In this document: positions 21,002 to 31,056 of the stretch, piece after piece
Layout of the letters: every line of letters begins with the position of its first letter
Position numbering within the stretch: position 1 is the stretch's first letter
Source: Bacteroidota bacterium
GTDB lineage: Bacteria > Bacteroidota > Ignavibacteria > UBA10030 > UBA8401
Length of the DNA stretch: 64,000 nucleotides
Assembly: GCA_021796215.1 (NCBI GenBank)
Contig: JAJYOK010000006.1
Location: 201 to 64,200 of the forward strand
Direction: 5' to 3'
Translations under genes and position numbers: made by a program
Notes under the pieces: model-generated
Database searches by the model: none
What the model saw: the letters and a program-made list of their open reading frames with translations, nothing else
Told to the model about the DNA's origin: nothing

Positions 21002-24000
21002 GTGAGACGAGGAACATTTTTTTCTTTTCTGACAGCCGCTTTTTTCTCTTTAATAGTTACGCCGTGCGCGGCACAAATCTACCCGCAGCTTGAAAAAGCC
21101 GACTTGCAATGGCGGCTTGTCGGTCCGTTTCGGGCCGGGCGCGCGTTAGCCGCGGCAGGAATTCCCGGCAACCCGTACACTTTTTACTTCGGTTCAGTAG
21201 ACGGCGGCATGTGGAAAACTGTCAATGCGGGCATTACGTGGAAATCGCTGTCTGACGGTGCAAAAATGAATCCATCGGTCGGAGCGTTCGCAATTGCGCC
21301 ATCCGATCCTAAGATAATTTATGTCGGTACCGGCGAAGCCGACATGCGCTCAGATATTACATACGGAGACGGTGTTTATAAATCAACCGACGGCGGAACA
21401 AGCTGGCAGCATTGCGGACTTGAAGACACAAGGCACATTGGAATAATTTTGATTGACCCGCACGATCCAAACATCGTTCTAATTGCGGCACTCGGACACG
21501 CCTACGGACCGAATGAAGAACGCGGAGTATTCCGCTCGACCGATGGCGGCAAGAGTTGGAAAAAAGTGCTGTACAAAAATCCGGATATCGGTGCAATTGA
21601 TCTTGCCTGGGATGAAAGTGATCCGTTTGTTGTGTACACATCATTGTGGCAGGCGCGCCGCACGCCATGGAGCCAATATCCGCCGGAAGAAGGTTCCGGC
21701 AGCGGCTTGTACAAATCTACCGATGAAGGAATAACGTGGAGTGAAATTGTTTCATCCGGCTTGCCGGCAAAACCGTACGGACGAATCGGTGTGACGGTGG
21801 CGTCCGGTTCGCACGGAAAAATTATTTACGCACTGATTGAAGCGCAGAAAAAAGGATCTGGCTTGTATCGCTCTGACGACGGCGGACAAAGCTGGCATCT
21901 TGCCGGAAGCGATCCGCGCATTGTAAGCAGAATGTGGTACTTCGGGTGCGTCTTTGCTGATCCGAAAAATGCCGGCGTCGTTTATGTTCCGAATGTTGCT
22001 TTAATGAAAAGTGTTGATAGCGGAAAAACTTTTACCGTGATTAAAGGTGCGCCCGGCGGCGACGATTATCATTTTCTGTGGATTGATCCGACGAACGATA
22101 GCCGCATGATTGTTGCAACCGATCAGGGAACCGTCATCAGTGTTGATGGGGGTAAAACGTGGTCAAGTTGGTACAATCAGCCGACGGCACAATTTTATCA
22201 TGTGGCCACCGATAATAAATTTCCGTACCGAATTTACGGCGCGCAGCAGGATGCCGGCACCGTCTGCATCACAAGCCGGAGCGATTACGGTTCGATTACA
22301 TTCAGAGATTGGTATTCGCTTGGCACCGGCGAAAGCGGCTATCTCGCTCCCGATCCGCTGAACCCGGATATTGTGTACGGCGGCAGCACGTACGGCGGCG
22401 TTATCAGATTCGACCGCACAACAGGTCAAACGCAAAATATTTCCCCGTCGCCCCTTTCGGAATTCGGAACGCCTGCGCCGCAGCGGCGCTACCGCTTCAC
22501 ATGGACATCGCCGATTGTCTTCGATCCGCACGACGCTCATGCGCTTTATCTTGGTGCACAGGTTCTCCTCCGTTCCAGCGACGGCGGCATTCACTGGCAG
22601 GGAATCAGTCCCGATCTTACTCGGATTGATAAAAGCAAAAATACAAATTCTAAAGCTGGGCGTGGCGCTTCGCCCTACAATGCCGAAAACAATGAAGGTG
22701 ATTCTACTCATTCCGGTTGGGGTGTCATCTATACGATTGCGCCGTCGCCGATTCGATCAGGATTAATTTGGGTTGGAACGGACGATGGCAGCATTCATCT
22801 CACCAGCGACGGCGGCAAGCATTGGGAAAATGTTACGCCGAATGGTTTGCCAATGTGGAGTAAGATCGGAATAATTGAAGCGTCGCCGTTTGATGCCGGC
22901 GAAGCATACGCCGCAGTTGACCGCCACCGTGTGGATGATTTCAAACCGTATATTTATCGAACGCAGGATTACGGCAAACATTGGACACGCACAGACGATG
23001 GAATTGATTCTGATTCGTACGTAAATGTCGTACGTTCAGATCGGACAAGAAAAGGTTTGCTCTACGCCGGGACAGAAACCGGCGTGTATGTTTCATTCGA
23101 CAACGGAAACAACTGGCAGCCGCTTCAGTTCAATCTTCCGGTTTCATCGGTTCGCGATCTCGCGATTCATGATAACGATCTCATTGCGGCAACACACGGC
23201 AGAGCATTTTGGATTCTGGATGATCTCACACCGCTTCAACAAATAGACAAAGATGTATTGAATTCCGAAGCGCATCTTTTCACTCCCGAACGTGCAATCA
23301 GAATACGACGAAGTGAAAATTCGGATACACCGCTTCCGCCCGAAATTCCGCATGGAACAAATCCGCCAAGCGGCGCGATCCTCGATTATTATCTCCGTTC
23401 AACGCCGGGCGAGCCGGTTACACTCGAAATTTTTGACAACGCAGGAAATCTTGTCCGAAAATACTCAAGCGCCGATTCGCAGAACATTGATACGCAGAAA
23501 GTCCCCATCGCGGATTATTGGCTTCCGAAGTTCGAGGAGCTAAAAACAAGCGCCGGACTTCACCGCTTTGTGTGGGATCTTCATTATATGCCTCCACCGG
23601 TCAGCCATTACGGTTACAGCATGCACGTTGCCAATATTCAAAGCGTTCGCGAGCCGGAGGGACCGCTTGTTCTTCCGGGAAAATATGAAGTGAAGCTCAC
23701 GGTTGACGGACATTCGTATTCGTCGCCGCTTGAAGTTGAAATGGATCCGCGCGTGAAAATTTCGGACACGGTTTTGAGAAACCAGCTTTCTCTTGCAATG
23801 CATGTCTGGAATTCGATATCGGATGTCCATTCGTTATCTGCAATTCTGGATGAACTGAAGAGCCAATCCGACAAGCTTCAGCAAGAAACAAAATTGGATG
23901 CACAAACGCGTGCGCAGGTAACCGCCTTCAAGACAAAAATTATTAGTATTAAAGATTCGCTTGACGGCGGAGGTCTTTCCGGTTTGGAAGGAGACGTTAT

Positions 24001-24202
24001 GGGTGCAGACCGGGAACCGACTGCGCAGGTGATAGAAGCGTATGAAACATTGAAAACGAAAATTTCAGCCGCACAGCAGCGGTGGGAAAAATTAAAAGCG
24101 ACGGAGCTTGCTTCAATTAACCGTGCATTAAAAGAGCGCGGTGCCACGGAATTGAATGTGGAAACGGAAAAAGTGCAACATCTTACTCTGCCGGAGAAAT
24201 GA
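21002..24202 (+). CDS. Exported VPS10/BNR (Asp-box) repeat glycosyl-hydrolase-like protein
   Basis: Signal peptide, WRLVGP.RAGR, many S.DGG..W Asp-boxes, AATHGRAFWILDD, C-terminal coiled coil. Confidence 0.88.
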   Translation: MRRGTFFSFLTAAFFSLIVTPCAAQIYPQLEKADLQWRLVGPFRAGRALAAAGIPGNPYTFYFGSVDGGMWKTVNAGITWKSLSDGAKMNPSVGAFAIAPSDPKIIYVGTGEADMRSDITYGDGVYKSTDGGTSWQHCGLEDTRHIGIILIDPHDPNIVLIAALGHAYGPNEERGVFRSTDGGKSWKKVLYKNPDIGAIDLAWDESDPFVVYTSLWQARRTPWSQYPPEEGSGSGLYKSTDEGITWSEIVSSGLPAKPYGRIGVTVASGSHGKIIYALIEAQKKGSGLYRSDDGGQSWHLAGSDPRIVSRMWYFGCVFADPKNAGVVYVPNVALMKSVDSGKTFTVIKGAPGGDDYHFLWIDPTNDSRMIVATDQGTVISVDGGKTWSSWYNQPTAQFYHVATDNKFPYRIYGAQQDAGTVCITSRSDYGSITFRDWYSLGTGESGYLAPDPLNPDIVYGGSTYGGVIRFDRTTGQTQNISPSPLSEFGTPAPQRRYRFTWTSPIVFDPHDAHALYLGAQVLLRSSDGGIHWQGISPDLTRIDKSKNTNSKAGRGASPYNAENNEGDSTHSGWGVIYTIAPSPIRSGLIWVGTDDGSIHLTSDGGKHWENVTPNGLPMWSKIGIIEASPFDAGEAYAAVDRHRVDDFKPYIYRTQDYGKHWTRTDDGIDSDSYVNVVRSDRTRKGLLYAGTETGVYVSFDNGNNWQPLQFNLPVSSVRDLAIHDNDLIAATHGRAFWILDDLTPLQQIDKDVLNSEAHLFTPERAIRIRRSENSDTPLPPEIPHGTNPPSGAILDYYLRSTPGEPVTLEIFDNAGNLVRKYSSADSQNIDTQKVPIADYWLPKFEELKTSAGLHRFVWDLHYMPPPVSHYGYSMHVANIQSVREPEGPLVLPGKYEVKLTVDGHSYSSPLEVEMDPRVKISDTVLRNQLSLAMHVWNSISDVHSLSAILDELKSQSDKLQQETKLDAQTRAQVTAFKTKIISIKDSLDGGGLSGLEGDVMGADREPTAQVIEAYETLKTKISAAQQRWEKLKATELASINRALKERGATELNVETEKVQHLTLPEK
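22658..22678 (-). repeat. GTAG-type REP-like palindrome inside the VPS10 gene
   Basis: Minus strand GTAGGGCG-AAGCGCCA-CGCCC, located in a polar loop (KAGRGASPY). Confidence 0.55.
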
Positions 24203-24296
24203 AAAGTTTCGAAACTTGTGGTTCACGGTTTAAGGTTTCATTTTCCACGAAACACAAATCCCGAACATGAATCCTTAATCTTGCGTCCTGAACCGC

Positions 24297-25007
24297 TCAT
24301 TGGTTGCTAATCACCTTCAGCATTTGCTGCGCAACAAAACGATTTCCTTCATCTGTCAGATGAACGCGGTCGCGCGTGAGAATTCCCTTCTCGGCGTTTT
24401 GCGTGTTGTGCTGCTTCAAGTATTCGATGAACGCTTTCCGCAAGTCGCATAATTGAGAGCCGGTTTCTTTTGCCACGCGCCGGCTGATCGCCGAATATTC
24501 TTCGAGCATCGAATCCTGCGGATTGGTTCCATCGTATTTTTCTCCGATGACGCTCGGCGTGCAAAGAACGACGCGTGCGCCGGCGTTCTGAATTTTTCCG
24601 ATGATATCTTTTAAATCGGCTTCAAACAAATCCTTCGGCGTCCCCTTCAGTCCGGGAAGCGCGTAATGCCACACGTCGTTAATGCCAATATAAATGACAA
24701 CGAGTGTCGGTTTCTTCGAAAGCACATCACGGTCCAGCCGGTTTTCCAGATCGGTCACTTTGTTTCCGCTGATGCCTGCGCCGATCACTTCCGGCGCGTC
24801 CTGTCCATATTTTTTCTGCAGCGAATCCCGAATCAATGTAACAAAGCCATTTGGCTTTACGCCAAGCTCGGTGATGGAGTCGCCGAAGAAAATAATTCTG
24901 TCGCTGCCGGAGAGCATCGCTTTTTCAGCGGCACATCCCGCCAAAAAAACAGCGGACAAGCCCGCAAGCAGAAGCGTTGTGATTAAAAGAGTTGATAAAA
25001 ATTTCAT
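24297..25007 (-). CDS. SGNH/GDSL hydrolase, lipoprotein
   Basis: Lipobox LAGC; blocks FGDSIT, GISGN, GIND and DRVH. Confidence 0.92.
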   Translation of the reverse strand: MKFLSTLLITTLLLAGLSAVFLAGCAAEKAMLSGSDRIIFFGDSITELGVKPNGFVTLIRDSLQKKYGQDAPEVIGAGISGNKVTDLENRLDRDVLSKKPTLVVIYIGINDVWHYALPGLKGTPKDLFEADLKDIIGKIQNAGARVVLCTPSVIGEKYDGTNPQDSMLEEYSAISRRVAKETGSQLCDLRKAFIEYLKQHNTQNAEKGILTRDRVHLTDEGNRFVAQQMLKVISNQ

Positions 25008-25097
25008 AGTGTCACCTTGTGTTTCATCTCTTCATAAAGAAATTCGTTATCTTACTGTATGATAAGAAAGCAAGCGGGAAAAACAAAAGCAAATTCC

Positions 25098-25448
25098 ATG
25101 TCGTTTGCGGAGACGGCTGCAATTTCCAACTATCATCGCATCTGGCAGACCGTTCTGTTGATTCCGAAAGGAAGGGTTGCGACGTACGGGCAAATCGCGG
25201 AGATGAGCGGACTTTCACGTCAACCGCGGCTTGTTGGCTACGCGCTGCACAATATTCCGAGCGGAATGGAAATTCCGTGGCACCGCGTTATTAATGCGCA
25301 GGGGAAAATTTCTTTGCCGAATAAAAACGGACGCCGCCAGCGAAAACTCCTTGAGAAGGAAGGCGTGAAGTTTTCAAATAACCGCATTGATCTTGAGCAG
25401 TATGGATGGTTGAATTCTTCAAGCAGAAGAAAGAAAACCGCTTCTTGA
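25098..25448 (+). CDS. Alkyltransferase-like protein (ATL, MGMT family, PWHRV type)
   Basis: IPKGRVATYGQIA...PRLVGYAL...IPWHRVINAQG; Trp replaces the catalytic Cys. Start uncertain. Confidence 0.88.
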   Translation: MSFAETAAISNYHRIWQTVLLIPKGRVATYGQIAEMSGLSRQPRLVGYALHNIPSGMEIPWHRVINAQGKISLPNKNGRRQRKLLEKEGVKFSNNRIDLEQYGWLNSSSRRKKTAS

Positions 25449-25515
25449 TTCTTACACCAACTTTCAGCTAATTACATTCACATTATTTTTTCACCATTAT
25501 TTTTAATCAAAATTC

Positions 25516-26523
25516 ATGGCACAGATATCTGCGACAAAGATTGGGAACGACGTCGAAGCGGTAACGGAACTCACTGCCTCGTTCGCGGCAATCAGACAAG
25601 AAATTGGAAAAGTTATCATCGGGCAGGAAAATGTAATTGAGCAATTGCTTGTCTCGCTTCTTTCGCGCGGACATTGTCTGCTCATCGGCGTACCGGGTTT
25701 GGCGAAAACGCTTCTCATTAAAACGTTGTCTGATGTTCTCGATTTGAAATTCAATCGCATTCAATTCACGCCGGATTTGATGCCGAGCGATATCAGCGGC
25801 ACAGAAATTATTGAAGAAAATGTTTCTACCGGCGCAAAGGCGTTCAAGTTTGTCAAAGGCCCGATCTTCGCCAACATCGTTCTCGCGGATGAAATTAACC
25901 GCACGCCGCCGAAAACACAAGCCGCTCTTCTTGAAGCAATGCAGGAACATAAAGTGACGGCGGCGGGACAAACGTACACGCTTGAAGAACCGTTCTTCGT
26001 TCTTGCCACACAAAATCCGATTGAGCAGGAAGGAACATATCCGCTGCCCGAAGCGCAGCTTGACCGTTTCATGTTCAATCTCTGGCTCGACTATCCGCGC
26101 TTCGATGAAGAAATGCTGATCGTGAAATCAACAACAAGTCCGTACGCGCCGCAGCTGAAGCACATTCTCGGCGCCGCTGATATTGTGCGTTTTCAGGATT
26201 TGATCCGCCGCGTGCCCGTTGCGGATTCGGTGATTCAGTACGCGGTGAAACTCGTGGCGCGCACGCGCCCGAAAGACGCGCAGGCGCCGCAGTTTATCAA
26301 AGATTGGTTGACGTGGGGCGCAGGACCGAGAGCGTCGCAGTATTTAATCCTTGGGGCGAAAACGCGAGCCGTGCTTGCGGGGCGTTTCAACCCTGATGTT
26401 GATGACGTGCGGGCAATTGCAATTCCGGTACTGCGGCATCGGATCATTCCGAACTTCAATGCTGAAGCGGACGGCGTAACGCCGATTGCCATTGTCGAAA
26501 AATTGCTGGCAAACGAGCAATGA
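25516..26523 (+). CDS. moxR: MoxR-family AAA+ ATPase
   Basis: GVPGLAKT, RIQFTPDLMPSD, LADEINR, ATQNPIEQEGTYPLPEAQLDRF. Confidence 0.95.
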   Translation: MAQISATKIGNDVEAVTELTASFAAIRQEIGKVIIGQENVIEQLLVSLLSRGHCLLIGVPGLAKTLLIKTLSDVLDLKFNRIQFTPDLMPSDISGTEIIEENVSTGAKAFKFVKGPIFANIVLADEINRTPPKTQAALLEAMQEHKVTAAGQTYTLEEPFFVLATQNPIEQEGTYPLPEAQLDRFMFNLWLDYPRFDEEMLIVKSTTSPYAPQLKHILGAADIVRFQDLIRRVPVADSVIQYAVKLVARTRPKDAQAPQFIKDWLTWGAGPRASQYLILGAKTRAVLAGRFNPDVDDVRAIAIPVLRHRIIPNFNAEADGVTPIAIVEKLLANEQ

Positions 26524-26550
26524 TTCCAGCGATTTCGTTGTTGTGACAGC

Positions 26551-28650
26551 ATGCCGAACCTCAGATTGAAAATTTCGTTAGGAAAAAGTCTTCTCACCAT
26601 TTTTGCGCTAACGTGCATTTCCATCTCCGCCGGATTTTCTCAAACGTCCGAACGCTATTGGATTTATTTCCGTGATAAAGGTGTGGAAGCGCATCAATTA
26701 CTTTCGAAGTCGGGAGACATTAAATCGCTGGCACAATCATTAGGAATTTCTTCCCGCGCGTTGCAGCGGCGCGCAAAAGTCCTTCCGCACGATCGGTTGA
26801 TTGATGAATCCGATCTTCCGGTTTCTGAAAAATACATCCGACAGATTCAAGCTGCCGGCGCAAAGATTCATGTTGTCTCGCGCTGGTTGAATGCAGTATC
26901 GGTGGAAATTCAGCCGAAACAAATTCAAGCGGCTTCATCGTTTCCTTTTGTGGCTCGTATCGCGCCGGTGCGTGCTCTTGTTTCTCCCGGACCGGAGCCG
27001 TCCTCGGCGCCGCTTGTTCCGTTGCTCCAAAAATCTGAACACAAAACCGATCTTGATTACGGTGCGTCATACACACAGCTCGCAACCGAGCATATTACTG
27101 ATTTGCATGCCCTTGGAATTATCGGAACAGGTGTAATCGTCGGAATTATTGACGACGGTTTCAATAATCATCGCACACATGTTGCGTTGAGAAATATTCA
27201 TGTTCTTGACGAATACGATTTCATTCACAATATTACCGATACACAACACCAGCCGTGGGAAGATCCGAATCAGGGAAATCACGGAGCGGGTGTGTTGTCA
27301 TCCATTGCAGGATTTGATCAAGGAAATTTGATCGGCGGTGCGTACGGCGTTTCTGTTATTTTGGCGAAGACGGAAATGGACAGCAGCGGCAGCGCTGACT
27401 TCGGCAGCGAAGAAGATACGTACGTTGCCGGATTGGAATGGGAAGAGCGTCTCGGTGCGGACATCGCATCGTCGTCGCTTGCTTACAAGGAATTTGATCC
27501 ACCGGACACAAACTATCCGTATTCTTCATTAAACGGTCACACCACAGTTGTTGCGAAAGCCGCTTCAATGGCGGCACAGAAAGGCGTGCTGCTCTGCACT
27601 GCAATGGGAAACGAAGGCTATCAATATAACGACAGCGCTACGGGAATGATTGTTCACGCGTTAGGAACACTATGGTCTCCTGCTGATGCGGACAGTATTC
27701 TTGCCGTTGGTGCAACACTTTCCGACGGCGAACTTACAAGTTTCAGCAGCACCGGACCTTCTGCAGACGGACGCATCAAGCCGGATGTTGTTGCGCAAGG
27801 CACTGCCGTGTATTGGGCGAACGGTGCAACAACGAGCGGCTACAGTTTTGAACAAGGCACATCTTGCTCAACGCCGATTGCTGCGTGTGCGGCGGCGCTT
27901 GTTCTTTCTGCACATCTGCAGTTGACACCGATGCAAGTGCGCCAGGCAATTTTGCAAACTGCAGCTCATTACGATGACGGCACCTCGCAAACCGCGGTCT
28001 ATCCGAATAATCTTTACGGCTACGGATTTGTAAATGCGTACAGTGCGGCATTGTATGATGGTCCCGTGTTCAGCAATACGCCCGTTGTCGCGACAGATGC
28101 GCTTCAAGTTACTGTTACAACTTCAATCAAATCGAACGTTGGGCTTGTCGCAGATTCGTTGTTGTTGTATTTCAAAAAGCCGGAGGATGTATCGTTCCAA
28201 GCCGCGCACTTTCATTATGACTCAGCTTCAGATAGATATTCGGCAATTCTTCCCGCCAGCATTGTTGACTCGACAACGCTCTGCTATTTTTTTGTTCGGG
28301 ATTCAGCAGGTAGAACACAGACACAACCGTACAATGCCCCAGACAGTCTTTTTGCGCTGTTCAGTTCACCGCCCGCATCGGCGCCGACTGTACTTTCGCT
28401 TCAGAATTTTCCTAATCCGTTCAACCGGGCAACGCAGTTTGTGTACGCTTTTCCCGTTGCGTCGCATGTCAAGTTGGAGATTTTTGATGTTCTCGGAAGA
28501 AAAATTGCAACAGTGGTTAATGAAGATAAATTGCCCGGCTATTACACGACACCACCATTCAGTGCCGCTTCGCTTGCAAGCGGAGTCTATTTGTATCGTT
28601 TAACAGCAGACGGGGCATATGTAGTGAAAAAAATGATGGTTATTAAGTAG
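26551..28650 (+). CDS. S8 (subtilisin-like) serine peptidase with T9SS-type C-terminal sorting domain
   Basis: Signal peptide; catalytic triad motifs IIDDG, NHG and GTSCS; C-terminal NFPNPFN...IFDVLGR...LASGVYLYRL...KKMMVIK. Confidence 0.92.
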   Translation: MPNLRLKISLGKSLLTIFALTCISISAGFSQTSERYWIYFRDKGVEAHQLLSKSGDIKSLAQSLGISSRALQRRAKVLPHDRLIDESDLPVSEKYIRQIQAAGAKIHVVSRWLNAVSVEIQPKQIQAASSFPFVARIAPVRALVSPGPEPSSAPLVPLLQKSEHKTDLDYGASYTQLATEHITDLHALGIIGTGVIVGIIDDGFNNHRTHVALRNIHVLDEYDFIHNITDTQHQPWEDPNQGNHGAGVLSSIAGFDQGNLIGGAYGVSVILAKTEMDSSGSADFGSEEDTYVAGLEWEERLGADIASSSLAYKEFDPPDTNYPYSSLNGHTTVVAKAASMAAQKGVLLCTAMGNEGYQYNDSATGMIVHALGTLWSPADADSILAVGATLSDGELTSFSSTGPSADGRIKPDVVAQGTAVYWANGATTSGYSFEQGTSCSTPIAACAAALVLSAHLQLTPMQVRQAILQTAAHYDDGTSQTAVYPNNLYGYGFVNAYSAALYDGPVFSNTPVVATDALQVTVTTSIKSNVGLVADSLLLYFKKPEDVSFQAAHFHYDSASDRYSAILPASIVDSTTLCYFFVRDSAGRTQTQPYNAPDSLFALFSSPPASAPTVLSLQNFPNPFNRATQFVYAFPVASHVKLEIFDVLGRKIATVVNEDKLPGYYTTPPFSAASLASGVYLYRLTADGAYVVKKMMVIK

Positions 28651-28718
28651 AGAACAATTGCCAATTGACATGATGGTTGTCCAAAGGTAATGTTCATTGT
28701 GTATTGATAATTGTAATA

Positions 28719-30950
28719 ATGTCTCTCTCGCTTCACATTCCGTGGTATTTTTTTATTCTTGCGGCAATTATTTTTGCCGCGCTGACGATTTTTGTTTATC
28801 GGTACACCGTTCCACCTGTTTCTTCAGGCAGGCGAACATTGCTCACCGTGTTGCGCAGCCTTGCTCTTATTTTACTTCTCTTTGCGGTTATTGAGCCGCT
28901 GCTTCGCTATTCATATTCATCCAATGTTCCGCCGACCGTGGCTGTGCTTGTAGATAATTCGCTCAGCATGACGCTCACCGACGCGGCAGGAAATCGTGAG
29001 GCAAAGCTGCACAAACTTCTTGCCGATCCTGCTCTGAAAAATCTTTCTGAACATGCAGATGTTCGATACTTCACTTTTTCTCCTGCGTTTCATCCGTTGA
29101 GCGCAATCTCGCGCGACTCTTTGCATCTTACCGGCGCAACAACCGACATTGCCTCGGCACTCGGACAATTGCGCGAACAAGCGCTTCCGCATCTTCAGGC
29201 AATTATGCTCCTTTCCGACGGTGATTACAACGACGGTGCAAATCCGTTATATGAAGCGAAACGCCTGTCCGTGCCGTTATTTACAATCGGCATTGGCGAT
29301 TCGTCGGAACAGAAAGATGTCGCAGTTGAAAAAGTTCTGACAAATTCTATTGCTTATGTTCAGTCATCCGTTCCGGTGGATGCGACGATACGTGTTTCCG
29401 GTTTCAGCGGCGCGCGCACGACAGCATCGTTGTTAGAAGACGGAAAACAAATTGCTCAGCAGGTTCTCTCTTTCGGAAATTCAACCGGCGGCTCAACTGC
29501 TGTCGGGGAATACCCTGTCCATTTTTCCTTTACACCGACAACTGCGGGTGTAAAAAAATATACTGTGCGGGTTACGCCGCTGCCCGGAGAAGTAACGGAG
29601 AAAAACAATGCGCGTTCATTTCTTGTCAAAGTATTAAAGAATAAAATGCAGGTTGCCGTTGTTGCGGAGGCTCCAAGCGCCGATGCTGCTGCCGTGATGC
29701 AGGAGCTTCACGCCGATCCGAATATTGAATCGCAACTGTTCCTTCAACAGGTAAGCGGGCAGATTCGCAATCTGACATCTTCAAAAGATTTCACCTCCGT
29801 TCTTTCTTCAACTGAATGTGTGATTCTCATCGGAATGCCGGGCCGCGCTACGACCACAGAAACGCTTCGTGAAATCCGCAACGCTGTAATATCGCGCTCG
29901 CTGCCGGTCTTCTTTCTTTCCAGCCGAACGATTGATGTGCAAAAGCTGAGCCAATGGGAATCATTCATGCCGTTTCATGTCAATCAAAACGCCCCGGCAC
30001 TATCACGGCAGCCCCAAGGGGGTTTTCAAGACGAGCAGCAGGTGTTTCCCGCAATTCCGCCGCAGATGCAATCGCATGTGCTGGTGCAATCAGGAAATGG
30101 AAACGGTGAATCTGATGCGTGGAGCAAACTGCCGCCGATTTTTTCTTCATACGGAACATTCATTGTGAAACCCGAAGCGCTTGTTCTTGCAACGATGAAA
30201 ATTCAGGGCGTAACGTTGAGCAATCCGCTGATCGCGGCGCGTAATGCTGCGCAGATGAAATCGTTCGCCGTGCTCGGCTACGGTATCTGGCGATGGAAGC
30301 TGCTTGCCGGAGCGAGCCCGGAAACAGAAAAATTTTTCGACGACTGGTTTCCCGCAGTTGTCCGCTGGCTGGTGACGCGTGAAGACAACAAACGCGTGCA
30401 GGTTGTTCCGTCGAAAGAAATTTTTTCGCAGGGAGAGCTGATTGATTTTCTCGGTCAAGTGTATAATGAAAGTTATCAACCGATTGAAAATGCGGACATT
30501 CGTGTCACCGTGAAATCCAGAACAGCGCAAGGACAATACGAAACGGCGATGCATTCACTCGGCGGCGGGCGGTACGAAGGCGAAATAGAAATGCTGCCGG
30601 AAGGAGAATATTCGTACACCGCAGCGGCGTTTGGAAGCGGCGCGGAAATTGGAAAAGACGAAGGGAGATTTTCAGTCGGTGGATCCGCCGAAGGCGGACT
30701 CGAGTTTTCCGACACGAAGATGAACAAGCCGCTTTTAAAGCAAATGGCGGCGGCGTCCGGCGGCGCGTACGCCGATGCATCGCAGTTCGATCGGCTTGTA
30801 CGGGAAATACAATCGCGTCCTTCCATGAAACCCGAAAGGCAAACGACGAGCAGCGAGTTTGAATTGTGGAATAAGCCATGGCTGTTGTCGCTGATCGTTC
30901 TTCTTTTCGGCATCGAATGGTTTGTGAGAAAACGAAGCGGGATGCTGTAA
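28719..30950 (+). CDS. Membrane-anchored vWA-domain protein
   Basis: Two N-terminal TMs, MIDAS DNSLS, TDI, LLSDG, C-terminal TM and EWFVRKRSG. Start set at MSLSLHIP. Confidence 0.85.
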   Translation: MSLSLHIPWYFFILAAIIFAALTIFVYRYTVPPVSSGRRTLLTVLRSLALILLLFAVIEPLLRYSYSSNVPPTVAVLVDNSLSMTLTDAAGNREAKLHKLLADPALKNLSEHADVRYFTFSPAFHPLSAISRDSLHLTGATTDIASALGQLREQALPHLQAIMLLSDGDYNDGANPLYEAKRLSVPLFTIGIGDSSEQKDVAVEKVLTNSIAYVQSSVPVDATIRVSGFSGARTTASLLEDGKQIAQQVLSFGNSTGGSTAVGEYPVHFSFTPTTAGVKKYTVRVTPLPGEVTEKNNARSFLVKVLKNKMQVAVVAEAPSADAAAVMQELHADPNIESQLFLQQVSGQIRNLTSSKDFTSVLSSTECVILIGMPGRATTTETLREIRNAVISRSLPVFFLSSRTIDVQKLSQWESFMPFHVNQNAPALSRQPQGGFQDEQQVFPAIPPQMQSHVLVQSGNGNGESDAWSKLPPIFSSYGTFIVKPEALVLATMKIQGVTLSNPLIAARNAAQMKSFAVLGYGIWRWKLLAGASPETEKFFDDWFPAVVRWLVTREDNKRVQVVPSKEIFSQGELIDFLGQVYNESYQPIENADIRVTVKSRTAQGQYETAMHSLGGGRYEGEIEMLPEGEYSYTAAAFGSGAEIGKDEGRFSVGGSAEGGLEFSDTKMNKPLLKQMAAASGGAYADASQFDRLVREIQSRPSMKPERQTTSSEFELWNKPWLLSLIVLLFGIEWFVRKRSGML
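30684..30698. repeat. Hairpin unit TCCGCC-GAA-GGCGGA, in-frame in the vWA gene
   Basis: Same unit as the 647-676 family; part of the peptide GGSAEGG. Confidence 0.65.
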
Positions 30951-31056
30951 ATTTATTAGGAGCTGTGTTTTTTTCACCCCGCGTTTGCACTTAAGTTTTG
31001 CGCTCCGTACTTTTGAAAAGAAAGTTATTTACCGTTATAAGTATGAGGAGGTTGCC

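Noticed and set aside
25516..28650. AAA ATPase plus S8 protease as an IetAS-like toxin-antitoxin or defence pair
   Set aside because: The ATPase is a typical MoxR, and the protease has a signal peptide and T9SS tail, so the two are in different compartments.
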